Assembly: GCA_043228905.1 (NCBI GenBank)
Contig: JBHGNT010000011.1
Coordinates: forward strand, 6,262,001 to 6,326,000
Length of the DNA: 64,000 bases
Reading direction: 5' to 3'
Source: Azolla caroliniana
Taxonomy: Eukaryota > Plantae > Polypodiophyta
Part shown: in pieces, positions 11,348-25,226 of the stretch
How positions within the stretch are numbered: the first letter of the stretch is position 1
Layout: each line of letters begins with the position of its first letter
Notes under the pieces: model-generated
Databases searched by the model: none
The model's input: only the letters and a program-made list of their open reading frames with translations
What the model was told of the DNA's origin: nothing
Program-made: the position numbers and the translations under genes

Positions 11348-12082
11348 TAAAATGGAAAACAAGTCATATAATAAAAAAATAGACCAAAATATAGTAACTT
11401 GAGCACAAAACAGATGATTTTTTCCCTAAAGTAGATGTTGTTTTCCTTTTTCCTTTCTCACAATATTATACCTTTTCCTATTGGAATCCGGTGCACTGCA
11501 TCGGATTTCGGTAGAAGGCACTAGTATTTCAACCGAAATCCAATGCAGTGCATCAGATTTCGGTTGCTATAATGAAGACGACTGCAATTGGTAAAATTGG
11601 GGCCAAGAAAATAAAAAACATCTTTAAAGAATCTTTTTGAATCTTTGTATTTAGGTGAATATAACATACCTGGCAATTTTCTTTCCCTTGTTCATGTTGA
11701 TTACTTGGCAATGTGTGTAGAAAAATGCGAAAATCGAGAGTGTTGACTTATCTGTGCACTTGAGCTCTTCAACTTCTTAAGTGTGATAATAACAATGAGG
11801 GGAAGATCTTTCCTTATATATTAGAATAAAAAATTTTAATTTTTTTAAAAAAAAGTAGTAAAAAAATAGAAAAAATACTTGATGAAAAATAGCTCTATTA
11901 TATGGTGACTACCAAATATGTGGTTTATTTTCGAGCAACCCTACTACGGAAATAAACAATAATATGTCATCAAATTCTACTAGAAGTTCCTTATTTTCTA
12001 TAGACCCTTTTTATCTAATAACTCCTTATTCTCAGTTGAAGAGTACAACTATCGACAACTTCAATGCTCCACTTCTAATATT

Positions 12083-14820
12083 ATGCATAGTTCTAATTCA
12101 TTTTTCTCGATCGAGCCTGTCAACTCCCATGGTTTCCAAATGAACAAATGGTGTGCAAAAAGTGACAAGGTTTATACATCTAGTGATGAGGCTTGCATAA
12201 CTAAACCTCTGAATTTAAAAAGAATTCCTCGACAAGTGAGTGTCAAAAGATTTAACTTCTTGACTTCAGATCGTCAAATTGCAATAGATACAAAGAAATC
12301 ATGTTATGGAAGTCTATGTCTTACTAACTTTGGCAATACAAACCTAAGGCTCTTACAAGAAAAGTACTTATCACTTAATGGTGAAGAACAATATACTTTT
12401 TTTATTTCACATATGCAACTAATTTTAAACCACATAGTAGTGGCTAATTCAACGCATGTTGAATGTCACCTTACAGTTTGTACGAAATGTTGTCGAGTTG
12501 CTTTCAAATTTGCTTATAGCATTGGTAATATGAGGCTATATGAAATTCAGCAACGTCTAGTAAAGGGATCATGGGTGCCTTTCGACAAGAATATAGCTAG
12601 GTCTAAGGGTTTGATTGGGCTCCATGTTATTAGGTGGATGGAGATATATTTCTCAAAGCAATGTGATATTATGCCTACAACTAGAAGATTACATTTGTCT
12701 GATAACTTTACTCATCATGAGGTATACCAAGCATATAAGGATGACATGTTGTTAGAAAGTGTACCTTACGTTGTCGTGATGTGGCATGTCTAGTGCGAGA
12801 AAAAGTCAAAAATTGAGGATCCACACACATTTCACGAATACTTGTAAAAATGAAAATAAATAAACCTAGGTCACAATGGCATTGAGTGCATGTAGAGGGT
12901 TGCAAGTAAGATTTGAACCTTGCACCTCTAAGATAAGAGGCAATTACCTTACCACTAAAGCTACTACTAAGTGCTTTAGATGTTCTATATTTCTTTCTCA
13001 TATTCAATATTCCATAGGAAACAAACGTACAAAACCATGTACACAAAACCACGGTTTTAAGCCCATGGTTTTCTGCATGTCACAAAGCAAAACTGTGTGC
13101 ACAGAAACCATGGCTCCAAGCCCATGGTTTTGTGCATGGACAAACCTATAAAACCCCTAATACGGCTTGTGTAAAGGGGGGGGCTCAATATGATATGACC
13201 ATCATCATCACCATCAATAATATAAGCTTCCATTTCTTCTTCTTCGCATCTATCTTGTAATTATTTATCTACTTCTCAAAGTGTACAATCTTCAATCTTC
13301 TCAAGTGTAATAGGTCTTCCTCCAATCTTACATTCACATTGTCCTCTTCTCAATACCTTAACGGACATCCTCCTTGGTCCAAGACCCCGGTGGTCCCGCT
13401 CAAGCGAAGCACGCTCGCACGCGCATCTTCGCGACAACGTACAATATGAACATTTGAATCGATTATATGAACAATGTGGTTATACCTCGTAAGGTTCGGA
13501 TGGGTGTTTGTTCAGTTTGTGTAAGTTTAAAAAGCATGGCAAAGAGTGGGAGAAATGATGAAGAAATAAAGAATTAAAAGAATCTATTGAAAGAACATCG
13601 TGAAAGTCAAGTCTTGGAACTTTCAAAATTTATGCACCACCGACAAAAAGCGCTTCAATCACTGGAAAGTATATGTGCTTGATTATAGATGGCCTAGATC
13701 AGAAGAAGACTTGTCTGCCACACTTTCAAATTGGCGATGAATGCCTTGTTCAAATGCATTTAGTAGGTTACTTGTCATAGTGTTAGACAATAAGGCCTCA
13801 AGTCTTCTTGACTTATCCTAATATTCACAATGCTCCTAATATTATAGTGATAGTCATACAAAGAGTGTTACAGTCCTGGCAAGGTATCCTCCCGCCAATT
13901 CTATACATGCAACTCAACAACACAGCCAGAGAAAACAAGAACTCGACTGTTTTGGGTTATTTAAGCATGCTTGTAGAGAAGGTGATATTTAAGAAGATTA
14001 AGGTGAACTTCTTACTAGTTGGTCATACCCATGATCATATAGATCAAATGTTTAGTAGGTTCTCAAAGAAATTAGCAAGATGTGATGCTTTTACGCTTCC
14101 GGTGCTATCAAAGTTTATCATAGATGCTTATACCCCAAAGGCAGAAGTACAACATCTAAATGAGGTATATGATTTTAAACGGTTTTGCAAGGATGGTGAT
14201 GGGACTCAAAGTAAGTTTTAAGGCACAACACGACGTTTTAACCTTGTCTTCCTCATAAAAATAAGTTCTGCAAGGCAAAACACAAAGTTGTTGTATGCCA
14301 AAAAATACTCATGTAGCTCACAATAGGAGCCACAATAGGTTTGTAGGCTATTATTGAGCTTTCCAGATGTGGAAATCCATGGTGCAAAACAAATGTCATA
14401 TGAAGACCATAAAAAAATGGCTTTCGATAGTTCAAATAATGAGCAAAAGATATATTGGATGTGATGCCTTGAAGAGAAACTGAAAAATATTGAGCACACT
14501 AATAAATATGTTGTTGATCAAAATGTTGACTAGTGGGGTACTTTTTTCAGCCATCAGCATCCGATTTTGGATAACCACCTTGCCGGATACTAGCCAATCC
14601 AATATCCATTCACATGGAATATTGGTGTAGGATCCTCGGTGTCCACAACTCATCATCAATCATTAGAAAATACTAAACTTAATCATCTAGATTGCACATG
14701 GCAAAGAGATATTTATGTGGGACCAAGAATATTGCGTACTGCAGAGGCAAGATGGCAAGGCAATTTGCATGAGCTACAAGTTGGTATGTTGGTTGCAACA
14801 TTAGTTGGGGGTGATAAGTT
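12083..14820 (+). pseudogene. Degenerate DDD-type (Sola1-like) DNA transposase, interrupted by a solo LTR
   Basis: Cys-rich N-terminus, CSVC...H, IIDGLDQKKT (~13682), MQL(N)NTARENKN and FLLVGHTHDHIDQMFS; superfamily name assigned from motif memory. Confidence 0.7.
12772..13436. mobile_element. Solo LTR inserted in the transposase
   Basis: TGTCGTGA...TCGCGACA termini; ACGT duplicated at 12768-12771 and 13437-13440; removing it restores VPYVQYEHLNRL. Confidence 0.8.
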
Positions 14821-15730
14821 GGCCTGACATCCATAATATTCGTAATATTCGAGAATACGAAATGACCCCAAGAATATTACAGAACCATTCGTTTATTTAT
14901 TTATTATTTATTATTAAAAAAAAATTACATCTATTATATAAAAATATTATTAGTGTGAGGTCCCCTTTTTAATGTCAACAGAGTAAAAGGTAGGGAATTA
15001 ATGAACCTTTTATTTATTTTTTATTTTTAGTGTTTTATTAAAAATAAAACAAATTCTTTTAAGTTTTTCATCTATTATAAGAATATTATTAGTGTGAGGT
15101 CCCCTTTTTAATGTAAGATAAAAATACGAAATTTTATGGGAACCTTTTATTTATTCTACTTATTACATATTTTTATTTATTTTTTGCTTTATTAAGAAAT
15201 AAAACAAATACATTTAAGTTTTATATCTATTCTAAAAATATTATTAGTGTGAGGTTCCCTTTTTAATGTGAGATAAAAATATGAAATTTATGGGTACCTT
15301 TTATTTATTAACATATTTTTATTTATTTTTTCTTTTATTAAAAAATAAAACAAATAATTTAAGTTTTATATCTATTCTAAAAATATTACTAGTGTGAGGT
15401 TCCCTTTTAATAACAATAAAAATATCAATTTTTGTGGGAGAGTAAAAAGTGGGGAACTAATGAACCTTTTATTTATTATTTATTATTTATTAAAAATAAA
15501 ATAGCTTTTAAGTTTTCATCTATATTATATTTAGTGTAAGTCTCCTTTCTTAATGTGAAGTTAAATATCCCCTATTTAATGTGAAAGTCTCTTTGTTATA
15601 TGATATATTAAAAAACTAAAAAGTATGAACTCTTTTTCTTTTCTTTTTTACGAATATTTTGTCATGCATTCTTATGCGTATTCGTATGCATTTGTTTGGT
15701 AACCCCCATGAATGCGAATATGTCAATCTA
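14821..15730. mobile_element. AT-rich MITE-like insertion with internal ~115-150 bp repeats
   Basis: Imperfect termini TGACAT...ATATTCG / CGAATATGTCA; repeated TATTATTAGTGTGAGGTCCCCTTTTTAATG; interrupts transposon coding sequence. Confidence 0.5.
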
Positions 15731-16324
15731 TGGTAACATACATGTTCCTAGGATGTATTTACTAGGAAGTAGTCTTTAGATATGGTTAAGGATGTCGGCG
15801 GCACAAGTAGAAAGCGGAGAAGAAAGAACCCTACTCTCACACTTGATGATGTCGACATACTACTGTATGACTTCTCCTTGACCAAAACATGCCATAATCA
15901 AGATAATAAAAGAGAAGATCCCAAATGTGTCTCCCGACATGACACAAAGGCAAACAAGGAGCATGTCTCATAATCATGGTGATGTTGGATTGCAATTGGA
16001 TGAAGATCATGTGTTGGTTGCTAGTTATGATGATGATGAGACCTCACAAATCTCTTCTAGTTCATCAGATGGGTATGAAAATGATGGCATAGCTTTGGGA
16101 AGTGATTGTTATGATACATGAACTATAAATATTGAATTTTACATCAAAATGTCGATTCACGAATATGTATAAATATCGGTGGTATTCCTTTTGTAAATTT
16201 TGTACATTATTTTGTAAGTTTCGCATGTGTATGATTTAGGCAGTTTTGGAAAGTCATAAACTTTTGGACATGCTAAAAATCAATATATTTTGTGTCATTT
16301 TTTAAAATCCTTTACGCATGCGAC

Positions 16325-18314
16325 TGTCGAGACTTGAGAATAGGAGAGAGAAAGATAAGATAACGATAGAAGGTATACAGAGAGAGAGAGAGAGAGAGAA
16401 CACTAGAAATGGAAAGAGAGTTTATATTATAAGAGAGACCAAGGATTACAAAGAGTAGGCTAAAGGGCTACAAACTAGTGTTGAACCGAATAAGTTGTGA
16501 TGAATGAATAAACACCCATTTATAGGTTCCTATGGAGTATTCTAGAATGTTCTAGAATATTTTAGATATTTATGATATTTAATATAATCATAGAATATCC
16601 TAGAATGTTCTAGAATACTCTAAATATCTTGTAATAAATAATAATATATTTATTATACCTAAACATCATATATGTTATTATAATGGTTAAAGGTCTAACA
16701 TATAGACCAAGACGTCTTGGGCTCGAATCCTTGTAAGGCCAAAATGTATGTCTTCATGACATTATTCTCCTTTTTGGATGACGAGTTCCACGAGTTGGAA
16801 GACAAGATTTCAGACTTGGCTTAGGGGGATATTTGTTGTGAAACGCAGCAACCATTTCGGAGGCATTAGCAAGATTCTCAAGAGATTCCCATGTAACTCG
16901 ATCATTAGGTGATATCCTAACCAGTCAACCAAATACTATGGTTTGTTGCGAACAATCTTGGAGTCAAGAATGGAACCCCAACTAGGGACAGACGTTACAT
17001 GTCTAGGGTTGTCCAACCAAATGGCTCCGATTTTGGCCCCACTTTCGCGTTTAACACATCATCTAATTGGCTCAATACATCAAATGTATTTTTATGACAA
17101 GGACTACTAGACCTACTTGGGTTACGAGAAGGTGGGGCAGAAATTGAGATGGGATTTTCATGAGCACTTACTTGGTTAACTTGTCGTCGTGGTTTATGTG
17201 GACAATTCCCAACAATATGCCCTAGACCACCACAATAGAGGCATAGATGATTCACTCGTCGTTGTTGCTTTTCAGCATCCGATAATGGTCCTCGACGTCG
17301 TGTTGTCTCAATTTCCATTGGAGTAGGGCCTTTCACCACACTTGACTGTGATACTTGGGGTGGAGTTGCCACCACCGAAGCATATGTTTCTATTGGTCGG
17401 AAGCATAACATTTGTTGGCGCTCAGAATGCTGCTCAAATAAGCGATTGTCACATCGCATGGTCCGACTTATTGCTTCAATAAGAGATTTTGGATCATCAT
17501 GGAAGGTAAGAAGTAAATCATTCACAACATTGCACATACCATGACGAAATTGGTCCATTAACGCCGCCTCGTCCCATGGAATATCACATGCTAGAAGGAG
17601 AAAATCTGCAGCATAAGCAGAAGCAGGACGATCTCCTTGTCGTAATCACCGAATTTTGTTTATTGCGGTCCTCATACTATCGGTGTCTCCAAAGTTGGCT
17701 TGGAATTCATTAATAAACCCTTCAAAATCTTCTAATAATGGTGAGTGCTTCTCTAGGAGTGGTGCAAACCATGCTAATGCAGTACCTGTTAACAAGGTAC
17801 CAACTAGTCCCACTGAGAGCAACATTAGTTGGGTAACGGCTAGGATGCAATTTAATCACAAGTCATACCTAATTTAAAAATCCACGAAATTGAGACCTTG
17901 TACCATCAAACTTGGTCGGCAGACTAATCTTGGGTTCCTTCGACGAGGTTTGAACTTCCGCCGCTTGTCGTTGCAATAGAGTAGTCTCTAATTGATGCAC
18001 CCGTTGAGATAATTCATCATATTGTTGTACTTTCTCCGCACTTACTTGTTGTAGGTCTCCCAGCAATCTTTGATTTTCATGCTCTAGTGCCATGAATTTG
18101 GTTGTTAGCATGTCGAGCTTGGAGAGAACATGCATGCATATATTCTTGCTTGTTGACGAATTCCATAGTTATGAGAGAAAATTGCTAGATTTGCTTGAAA
18201 TAAGGTTAAGATAAGAAGAAGAAGTTGGAGAAGAAGAAAAGAGAGATATTCGGTTCAAACTATTGAGAGTTGAGAATAGGAGAGAGAAAGATAAGATAAC
18301 GATAGAAGGTATAC

Positions 18315-18351
<37 letters not shown>

Positions 18352-18664
18352 ATATTATAAGAGAGTCCAAGGATTACAAAGAGTAGGCTAAAGGGCTACA
18401 AACTAGTGTTGAACCGAATAAGTTGTGATGAATGAATAGACACCCATTTATAGGTTCTTATGGAGTATTCTAGAATGTTCTAGAATATTTTAGATATTTA
18501 TGATATTTAATATAATCATGGACTAAATATCATGTAATAAATAATAATATATTTATTATACCTAAACATCATATATGTTATTATAATGGTTAAAGGTCTA
18601 ACATATAGACCAAGATGTCTTGGGCTCGAATCCTTGTAAGGCCAAAATGTATGTCTTCATGAAA
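16325..18664 (-). mobile_element. Non-autonomous chromovirus B: LTRs 18261-18664 (5') and 16325-16761 (3'), degenerate gag plus chromodomain remnant
   Basis: Direct LTRs; TSD GCGAC/ACGAC; gag homologous to 55541-56693 with CLYCGGLGH..NC knuckle; LDSKIVRNK..YLVDWLGY remnant ~16830-16972; PPT next to 16762. Confidence 0.92.
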
Positions 18665-19727
18665 ACGACACTCTTTTTGTGAAACGACCACTTTTGTGCC
18701 TTTTTTTTACAAACAGTTCTTAAAATGTGACATATTACATGTTTCAAATGACCCAATGTTTAATAATCTTCTAATTGTGCCTACTTTTATTGTTGATTAT
18801 CTTCTACAATATCACGAAATGTGATTCTATTGTTTCATAATGGTATAATTTTATTTGAGTATTTAAGATTAGATCAATAGTGATTATGGTAGTATGAAAA
18901 ACTCTAAGATCAACCAAAATGAGCTTATATCTATCCTAGAAATAGAACACTATAACAAACGTTATTGGTATCAAATGCTTCCCTCCTCAATCTTTCTTAT
19001 GTGGTTGCATATCTTTGACATAGTAAATATTATCCCAACAACAATACTTTGAAGTTGAAAATATCTCTGACATTGTAAATATTAATCCAACAATACCTTT
19101 AGAGACTCCAAAGTTTATGTAATTTACAGAAGAAGTTTACATGTCATTTTGATAGCACATTTTTGTATTAAATTCCTCATGGATAGATAAACAAGTGACA
19201 TATCCATTTTATGATTAAGAATCCAAAACCAAGGAAATGTAGGTGAAAAGTTACAAGTATGTCCTTAGTAGGTAATAGAAACAACTACAATTTAACGTAA
19301 AAGAGGATATAGAAATATTGTGTTGCACTTATAATCTCTCTTTTCACTTGTGGGTGGTTATAATATTGGATGCATGCAATTAAGTGAATAAACAAGACAT
19401 TGCACGAAGTGCACAATTTAGTGTTTTGCCTCTCATGATGGGGGGAAAATGTACTTAAACTTGAGGCTTTTATGAACATTGTCAACCTTTAATGAACCAA
19501 AAATAGTTGGAACATTTTTATTGAAGTGTTTCTCTATCTTATACACTAATAGATATATTATCAATGCTTTTGCAAAGAAGAAGCAATGGATCAAATTGTC
19601 TAGTTTGTTAATCTGTTGGAATACACAATAATATTAAAATAGGTGGACAACAACAAACTAAGAGACAATAGACAAGCATTACCTATGACATTTATACACA
19701 AATCAATCTATATATACATATGCATAG

Positions 19728-19728
<1 letters not shown>

Positions 19729-19778
<50 letters not shown>
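19729..19778. repeat. (GT)n microsatellite
   Basis: ~25 TG units. Confidence 0.95.
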
Positions 19779-19782
<4 letters not shown>

Positions 19783-22439
19783 CACGTAGATAGATGGATA
19801 GATGGAGCATGTACATCTTTATACTTCCCTAACCAAACAAGAGATGTCAAATTATCATTAAGTAAGGTTGTTTAATGATTTCTCCCACCACTTATATATA
19901 CATATATAGACTATCACCTAATGGCCACAATTTCCGTTGAGATAAAAAGTCCCTACACTACTTGGAGCATAATTTTCCGACCTCTAATCGATATTATTGG
20001 CACAAAAGAACCATTCCAACACATAGATCTCAAGTTCTGAACTCTAAATTCTCTATGCACACTTGAATAGCACCAATAGCAATCGTTGAAAAGGAAGAAT
20101 ATTAGTCATAGGGAGAAACAATATTCACAAACTGCCAACTAATCTCAATTGCAGAACAAGAGCATGACAAGAAGAGGAAAATCCACAAGGAGTTTCAATG
20201 CCAAAGAAAGCTACCAAACAAGGATGAATTAGATATCATTGCCTTTAATGATGAGGAATCCAAAATGCGCGACAAATGATGGAAAGCCATAAATGTATCC
20301 TTAGTAGGCAATGAGAATTTCTATAATTTAAATTAGAAAAAGGAAACATAAATATTATGTTGCAATCATAAATACATGTAAGCTTTAATAAGCAAAAATA
20401 GTGGGGACATTTTTATTGCAATGTTTCTATATTTTACACACTAACCCATAATTTATCAATACACCTCTAATCAAAAAGCGATGCATCATCACACTTTTCT
20501 ATGCACATAATGTCTTGTTTATGAATGTGTTGAGTACATAATGAAATTTAAATAGGTGGACATAACAACAAACTAAGGCACTATATGCAAGCATTACCCA
20601 TATGATACACCCACCAATAAATGTATGTATATAACTATACGAGCACACCAACACACACAATCAATGCAGACATATTTCTATATGTATTTGTATATATTGT
20701 GTTCCAAACCAAAGAAGATATGTCAAATCATGAAAAATGTATATCACAAAATGATTACTCCAAGCTTTTATACTTTTACACATAAATTGTGAGGTTAGTA
20801 ATGGAATAAAATTGATGTAATCTCATAAAAGAATAAGAAATGCCCATCTAACCTTAGATATATCTATAAATACACTTAATAAAGAGATTGCATTGATCTT
20901 AGGGTGGAACTTCTTTAAAACATTGTCTCATGATTAATTAAGTGATTAAATAAATGAAAAATTCATGAAGAAAATGATTAACTACTTAGTGATTCAACTA
21001 GACACCTGATTGATTTATAATAGGATGATATCATAATATTCTATCCATTCGACTTATACTTGATCAACGACACCTGATTTCAATTTGAGCATCGTTATTA
21101 GTTCCATTATGATTTTCATCATAATCATCCTCAGTTCATTCCATATATAAACATAATAATAATGAAGAAATGCATAATGAATGTTGTCATGTCTTGTTAT
21201 GTCACAACATCAATGACAACTATGTTTCTTCCATAAAGTCAATGTACTCATACATAAGGAATGTGAAATGTAGAATTTGATGACCATGGTTGAATAATAT
21301 GAACTTTTGTGAGTGCCAAATTTGAGAAACATGATTAGCCATAATTATATAACTATGAATTCTTGAGAACAAGAAGAACACCTTGCAACTATGACTTTGA
21401 CCCAATATTAGCATTGGCAATTGTATTGTCATAGTGAAAACTCAATGGGATATTTGTCTAATTTCGAATGCCCAAATCTTTAAAAAGAACACCAAGACAT
21501 GCATGCATTATTTCTTTAGTATCACAACCTAACTATGACTCTAATACATTATATTTAGGCATTAAAATCTCCCTTAGGGATTATGTTTAACGAGAACAAG
21601 ATGCCTTGTCAAAAGTAGAGCTTAATGGTAGAGTACCATTGATATTGCCCTCAAAAGACCTATTCATCAAGAATGCCCACTTAGCCCATGTTGTTTGCTA
21701 TGGTTACACACTCCTCGTTAGTGATGTCACTGAGGCTTGCAATTAATGATGATATTGTAGGTTTACACCTTCCATTTGGGGCATAATTGGTAGTGTAAGT
21801 TATGGTAGATGATTCCTCATGTTTCTACAAACCTCACATGAGAATTGTACAAAGGGGATACACATATGGAAGCAATTGGCATTGACATCCGGATTACACA
21901 TTCACATGATGTATTGCCTCATCTCATGTAATGAGAGGGATTTGAAATGTCTACAATGGGAAGGATCCATGATTGAAAAAGGGATCCATTGTTTCACATT
22001 TGGGGTACCCATTACAAGTGAATTGTTAATTAATTGAATGGATGATTTGCAAGTTGAGGGATACATTCATGTATTGAAAGTCACAATCTTGGTCATTTCA
22101 CGTGTGTCGTTAAGTTGTACAATGTGTTATGAAACCCATGATATTATATTTTTTATAATTGCTACCATGGACCAAGAAGTTCTTGCATTCCGTTTTGCAA
22201 CCTCTTTGATATTTTTTTACAGAGAAAGAGGGTTAAGATGGGGATCACATGGGTTGCGTTGAATTATCTAGCTGCAACCCACTAAGCGTTTGGGGAGCTA
22301 AAATATTTAGTATCCCACTATCAAACTATCATGGTTTGTTAAGTTATGGTCAAGTTATATAGCTCAATCATGAAACAAAATATTAGTTCATGGGTTAAAC
22401 ATCATCACAAATGAGCATTTGGTCAAGCAGGCCTTCGAT

Positions 22440-23330
22440 CAAAACATTCAAATACTAATCATTTGGTTGCACTAAGAGTTATAATGGAAGACATTTGACC
22501 TCAAGGGAATGCTATTAGAGCATAGAGTAGTTGTAGCACAATTGTATGAGCAAGGTAGGTATCAATTGAAGTACTTTTCGAGTAACATGGGGGTCAAGCA
22601 AGGACGCCTCGTCACTCTTTAGTCTATGCATCAATAAACTTGAAGAAATAGTAAACAAGCTAGAAAGGAAGAAGCGTTGGATGGTCCAAAACTCATGCAT
22701 GAGCTTATTTTTATACTCATATATGCTAATGACTTTATTCGCATATAATTTGGATCATATGCAACACTTAATTTATTGGATAAATATTCTCAAAACAATG
22801 GGTTAATTATTAATGTGTACAAAACTAAAATGATGACAATAGAACCAAGACACTAACCCGCTCTTACATACAAGGGAGAACCAAGACAAGTGGTACAAAG
22901 CTTCAAATATCTTGGTATTAATGTTCAATTGACAAATAGGTTGAACGTTGTCATGATGTGGAGAGTTCATGAAAGGAAATGTGTCAAATTCAAGATATAA
23001 GACCAGTTGAAGGATAAGGAGGCTTGTACCTCTATAGTGAGAGTACTTTGTTTCTAGTAACATGATATGATAGGATGTTGAGGAATTTGCCCCCAATTGT
23101 GTATGTGAGAACATTTTTTGGATTTTATGTATTTCATTCCATGTACTAAGTGAGATAGTGTCACCCCACACTTCCGCTCTATAATGTAATAGTTGAACTA
23201 CCATAACATTTAATAACATCAATGTCACTTCCCATTTTCGTGTATCAATTTGGTTGTAGTGATTCTCAAACACATGGTAACTATTCCAACCCTCTTAAAG
23301 TCTACCCTCATAGCATTACATTCTACCTTT
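22440..23330. mobile_element. Old non-LTR RT remnant (RTE-like); RT core on +, downstream part inverted on -
   Basis: + strand MGVKQG, LIYAND, INVYKTKMM, VQSFKYLGI; - strand LLHYRAEVWG...IQKMF...LGANSST. Confidence 0.6.
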
Positions 23331-23510
23331 TTGTTGATGGGAAATCAATAACAAGATATATGAAGCTTTGCAAGCACCAGTTATGTCGGTTCTCCCATGT
23401 ATGTAAAAGCAGGGTAATGGCTTGGTTTTATTGCATGTATGGCCGCCATCATTTTTGTTTTTTCCATGTTAAGAGTTAGCCCATTGATTTGATAGTGAGA
23501 GAGAGAGAGA

Positions 23511-23545
<35 letters not shown>

Positions 23546-23684
23546 GGCAAGATGGTTGTTTCAATGAAGGTATAAAAGTGGAACACACTTCCTTCTAATT
23601 ATCATGATTGCTTGTTGGTTCTTTCCTACAAAAAAAAATAGAACAATCAAGAGAGATTGTGTGCGTGTGTGTTATTATTATATC

Positions 23685-25226
23685 ATGGCTAAGTCCCCTA
23701 ATACTCATCATAACAAGTACAACCATGCATTAGCCCAAAGACTTATCCTGAAGTATATCACACTAGGTTACCACCACTTGATTCAACATGCCATCCACCT
23801 CCTCTTCATCTTGTTGCTTTCCGTGATCTTTCTTGCAGCCTCACTCAATCCAATAACCTCCATCCAAATGCTGCGATCTGCCATGAAAACCCTTGCCCTA
23901 TACAACCAAAATAGTATAATATTCATCTCCCTTACAAGTCTACTAGCTTTTCTAGCCATCATTTACTTCAACTCTAAGCCCTCCCCAATGTACATGGTGG
24001 ACTTCTCGTGCTTTAAACCACTCAAGCAATACATGTGTAGTAACGCTGAGTTCTTGAGCTATTCACGTGCGACAGGAGCATTCAATGCCCGTAGCATGGA
24101 TCTCCAACGCAAGATTTGCGAGCGCTCGGGTCTCGGGGACGAGACATATTTGCCGCCCGCGGTGATAAGAGAGCCGCCCAACCCTTGCATGGTCGAGGCT
24201 CACCTAGAAGCCGAAAGTGTAATGTTTGGGGCGATCGATGACCTCTTCTCCAAAACACGAATAAAACCACAAGACGTCGGAATTCTCGTCATCAATTGTA
24301 GCCTATTTGTCCCCACGCCATCCCTTTCTTCGATCGTTGTGAGGCATTATGATATGAGGGAGGATGTGAAGAGTTTCAACTTGGGGGGTATGGGTTGTAG
24401 TGCCGGGATCATATCGATCGACCTTGCTAAACATATGCTCCACACGCACCCCAACACTAATGCATTGGTAGTAAGCATGGAGAACATAACTTTGAATTGG
24501 TATTGGGGCAATGACACCTCTAAGTTGGTTTCTAACTGTATCTTTAGAATGGGTGGGGCTGCCATCCTGCTGTCTAACAAGAGGTCCATGAGAAAGGTGT
24601 CTAAATACGAGCTCCTCCATACCGTACGGACACACAAGGGAGGATCTGACGATAGGGCATACCGATGTGCGTTCCAAGAAGAAGATGACAAGATGAACAT
24701 AGGTGTCTCTCTCTCGAAAGAGTTAATGGTCATAGCAGGCAATGCTCTAAAGGCCAACATAACCACATTGGGACCTCTTGTACTACCACTGTCCAAACAA
24801 ATCCTCTTCGTCGCAACTTTGATTCTTCGGCACTTGGGGCATGCCAAGGTAAAACCCTATATACCCTATTGCAAGCTCGTGTTTGACCATTTCTGCATCC
24901 ATGCAGGTGGTAGGGCGGTATTGGATGAGCTCGAGAAGAAGTTAGAATTGTCGGAGTGGCACATGGAGCCATCTCGGATGACGTTATATCGGTTTGGTAA
25001 CACTTCGAGTAGCTCCTTGTGGTATGAACTCGCTTATAGTGAGGCCAAAGGAAGAGTGAAGAAAGGGGATAAATTGTGGCAAATTGCCTTTGGTTCTGGT
25101 TTCAAGTGTAATAGTGCGGTTTGGAGGTCCCTCACAAATATCGAGCCTAAGGATAGTAGTAACCCTTGGACTAGTTTCATCGACAAGTTCCCAGTTCCAA
25201 TTCCCACCATGAGGAGCCTTTCTTGA
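23685..25226 (+). CDS. KCS: 3-ketoacyl-CoA synthase (FAE1/KCS family, very-long-chain fatty acid elongation), intronless
   Basis: Two N-terminal TM segments; [45 protein letters not shown] (Cys-His-Asn triad intact); TATAAAA at 23571 favours ATG 23685 over 23604. Confidence 0.96.
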   Translation: MAKSPNTHHNKYNHALAQRLILKYITLGYHHLIQHAIHLLFILLLSVIFLAASLNPITSIQMLRSAMKTLALYNQNSIIFISLTSLLAFLAIIYFNSKPSPMYMVDFSCFKPLKQYMCSNAEFLSYSRATGAFNARSMDLQRKICERSGLGDETYLPPAVIREPPNPCMVEAHLEAESVMFGAIDDLFSKTRIKPQDVGILVINCSLFVPTPSLSSIVVRHYDMREDVKSFNLGGMGCSAGIISIDLAKHMLHTHPNTNALVVSMENITLNWYWGNDTSKLVSNCIFRMGGAAILLSNKRSMRKVSKYELLHTVRTHKGGSDDRAYRCAFQEEDDKMNIGVSLSKELMVIAGNALKANITTLGPLVLPLSKQILFVATLILRHLGHAKVKPYIPYCKLVFDHFCIHAGGRAVLDELEKKLELSEWHMEPSRMTLYRFGNTSSSSLWYELAYSEAKGRVKKGDKLWQIAFGSGFKCNSAVWRSLTNIEPKDSSNPWTSFIDKFPVPIPTMRSLS

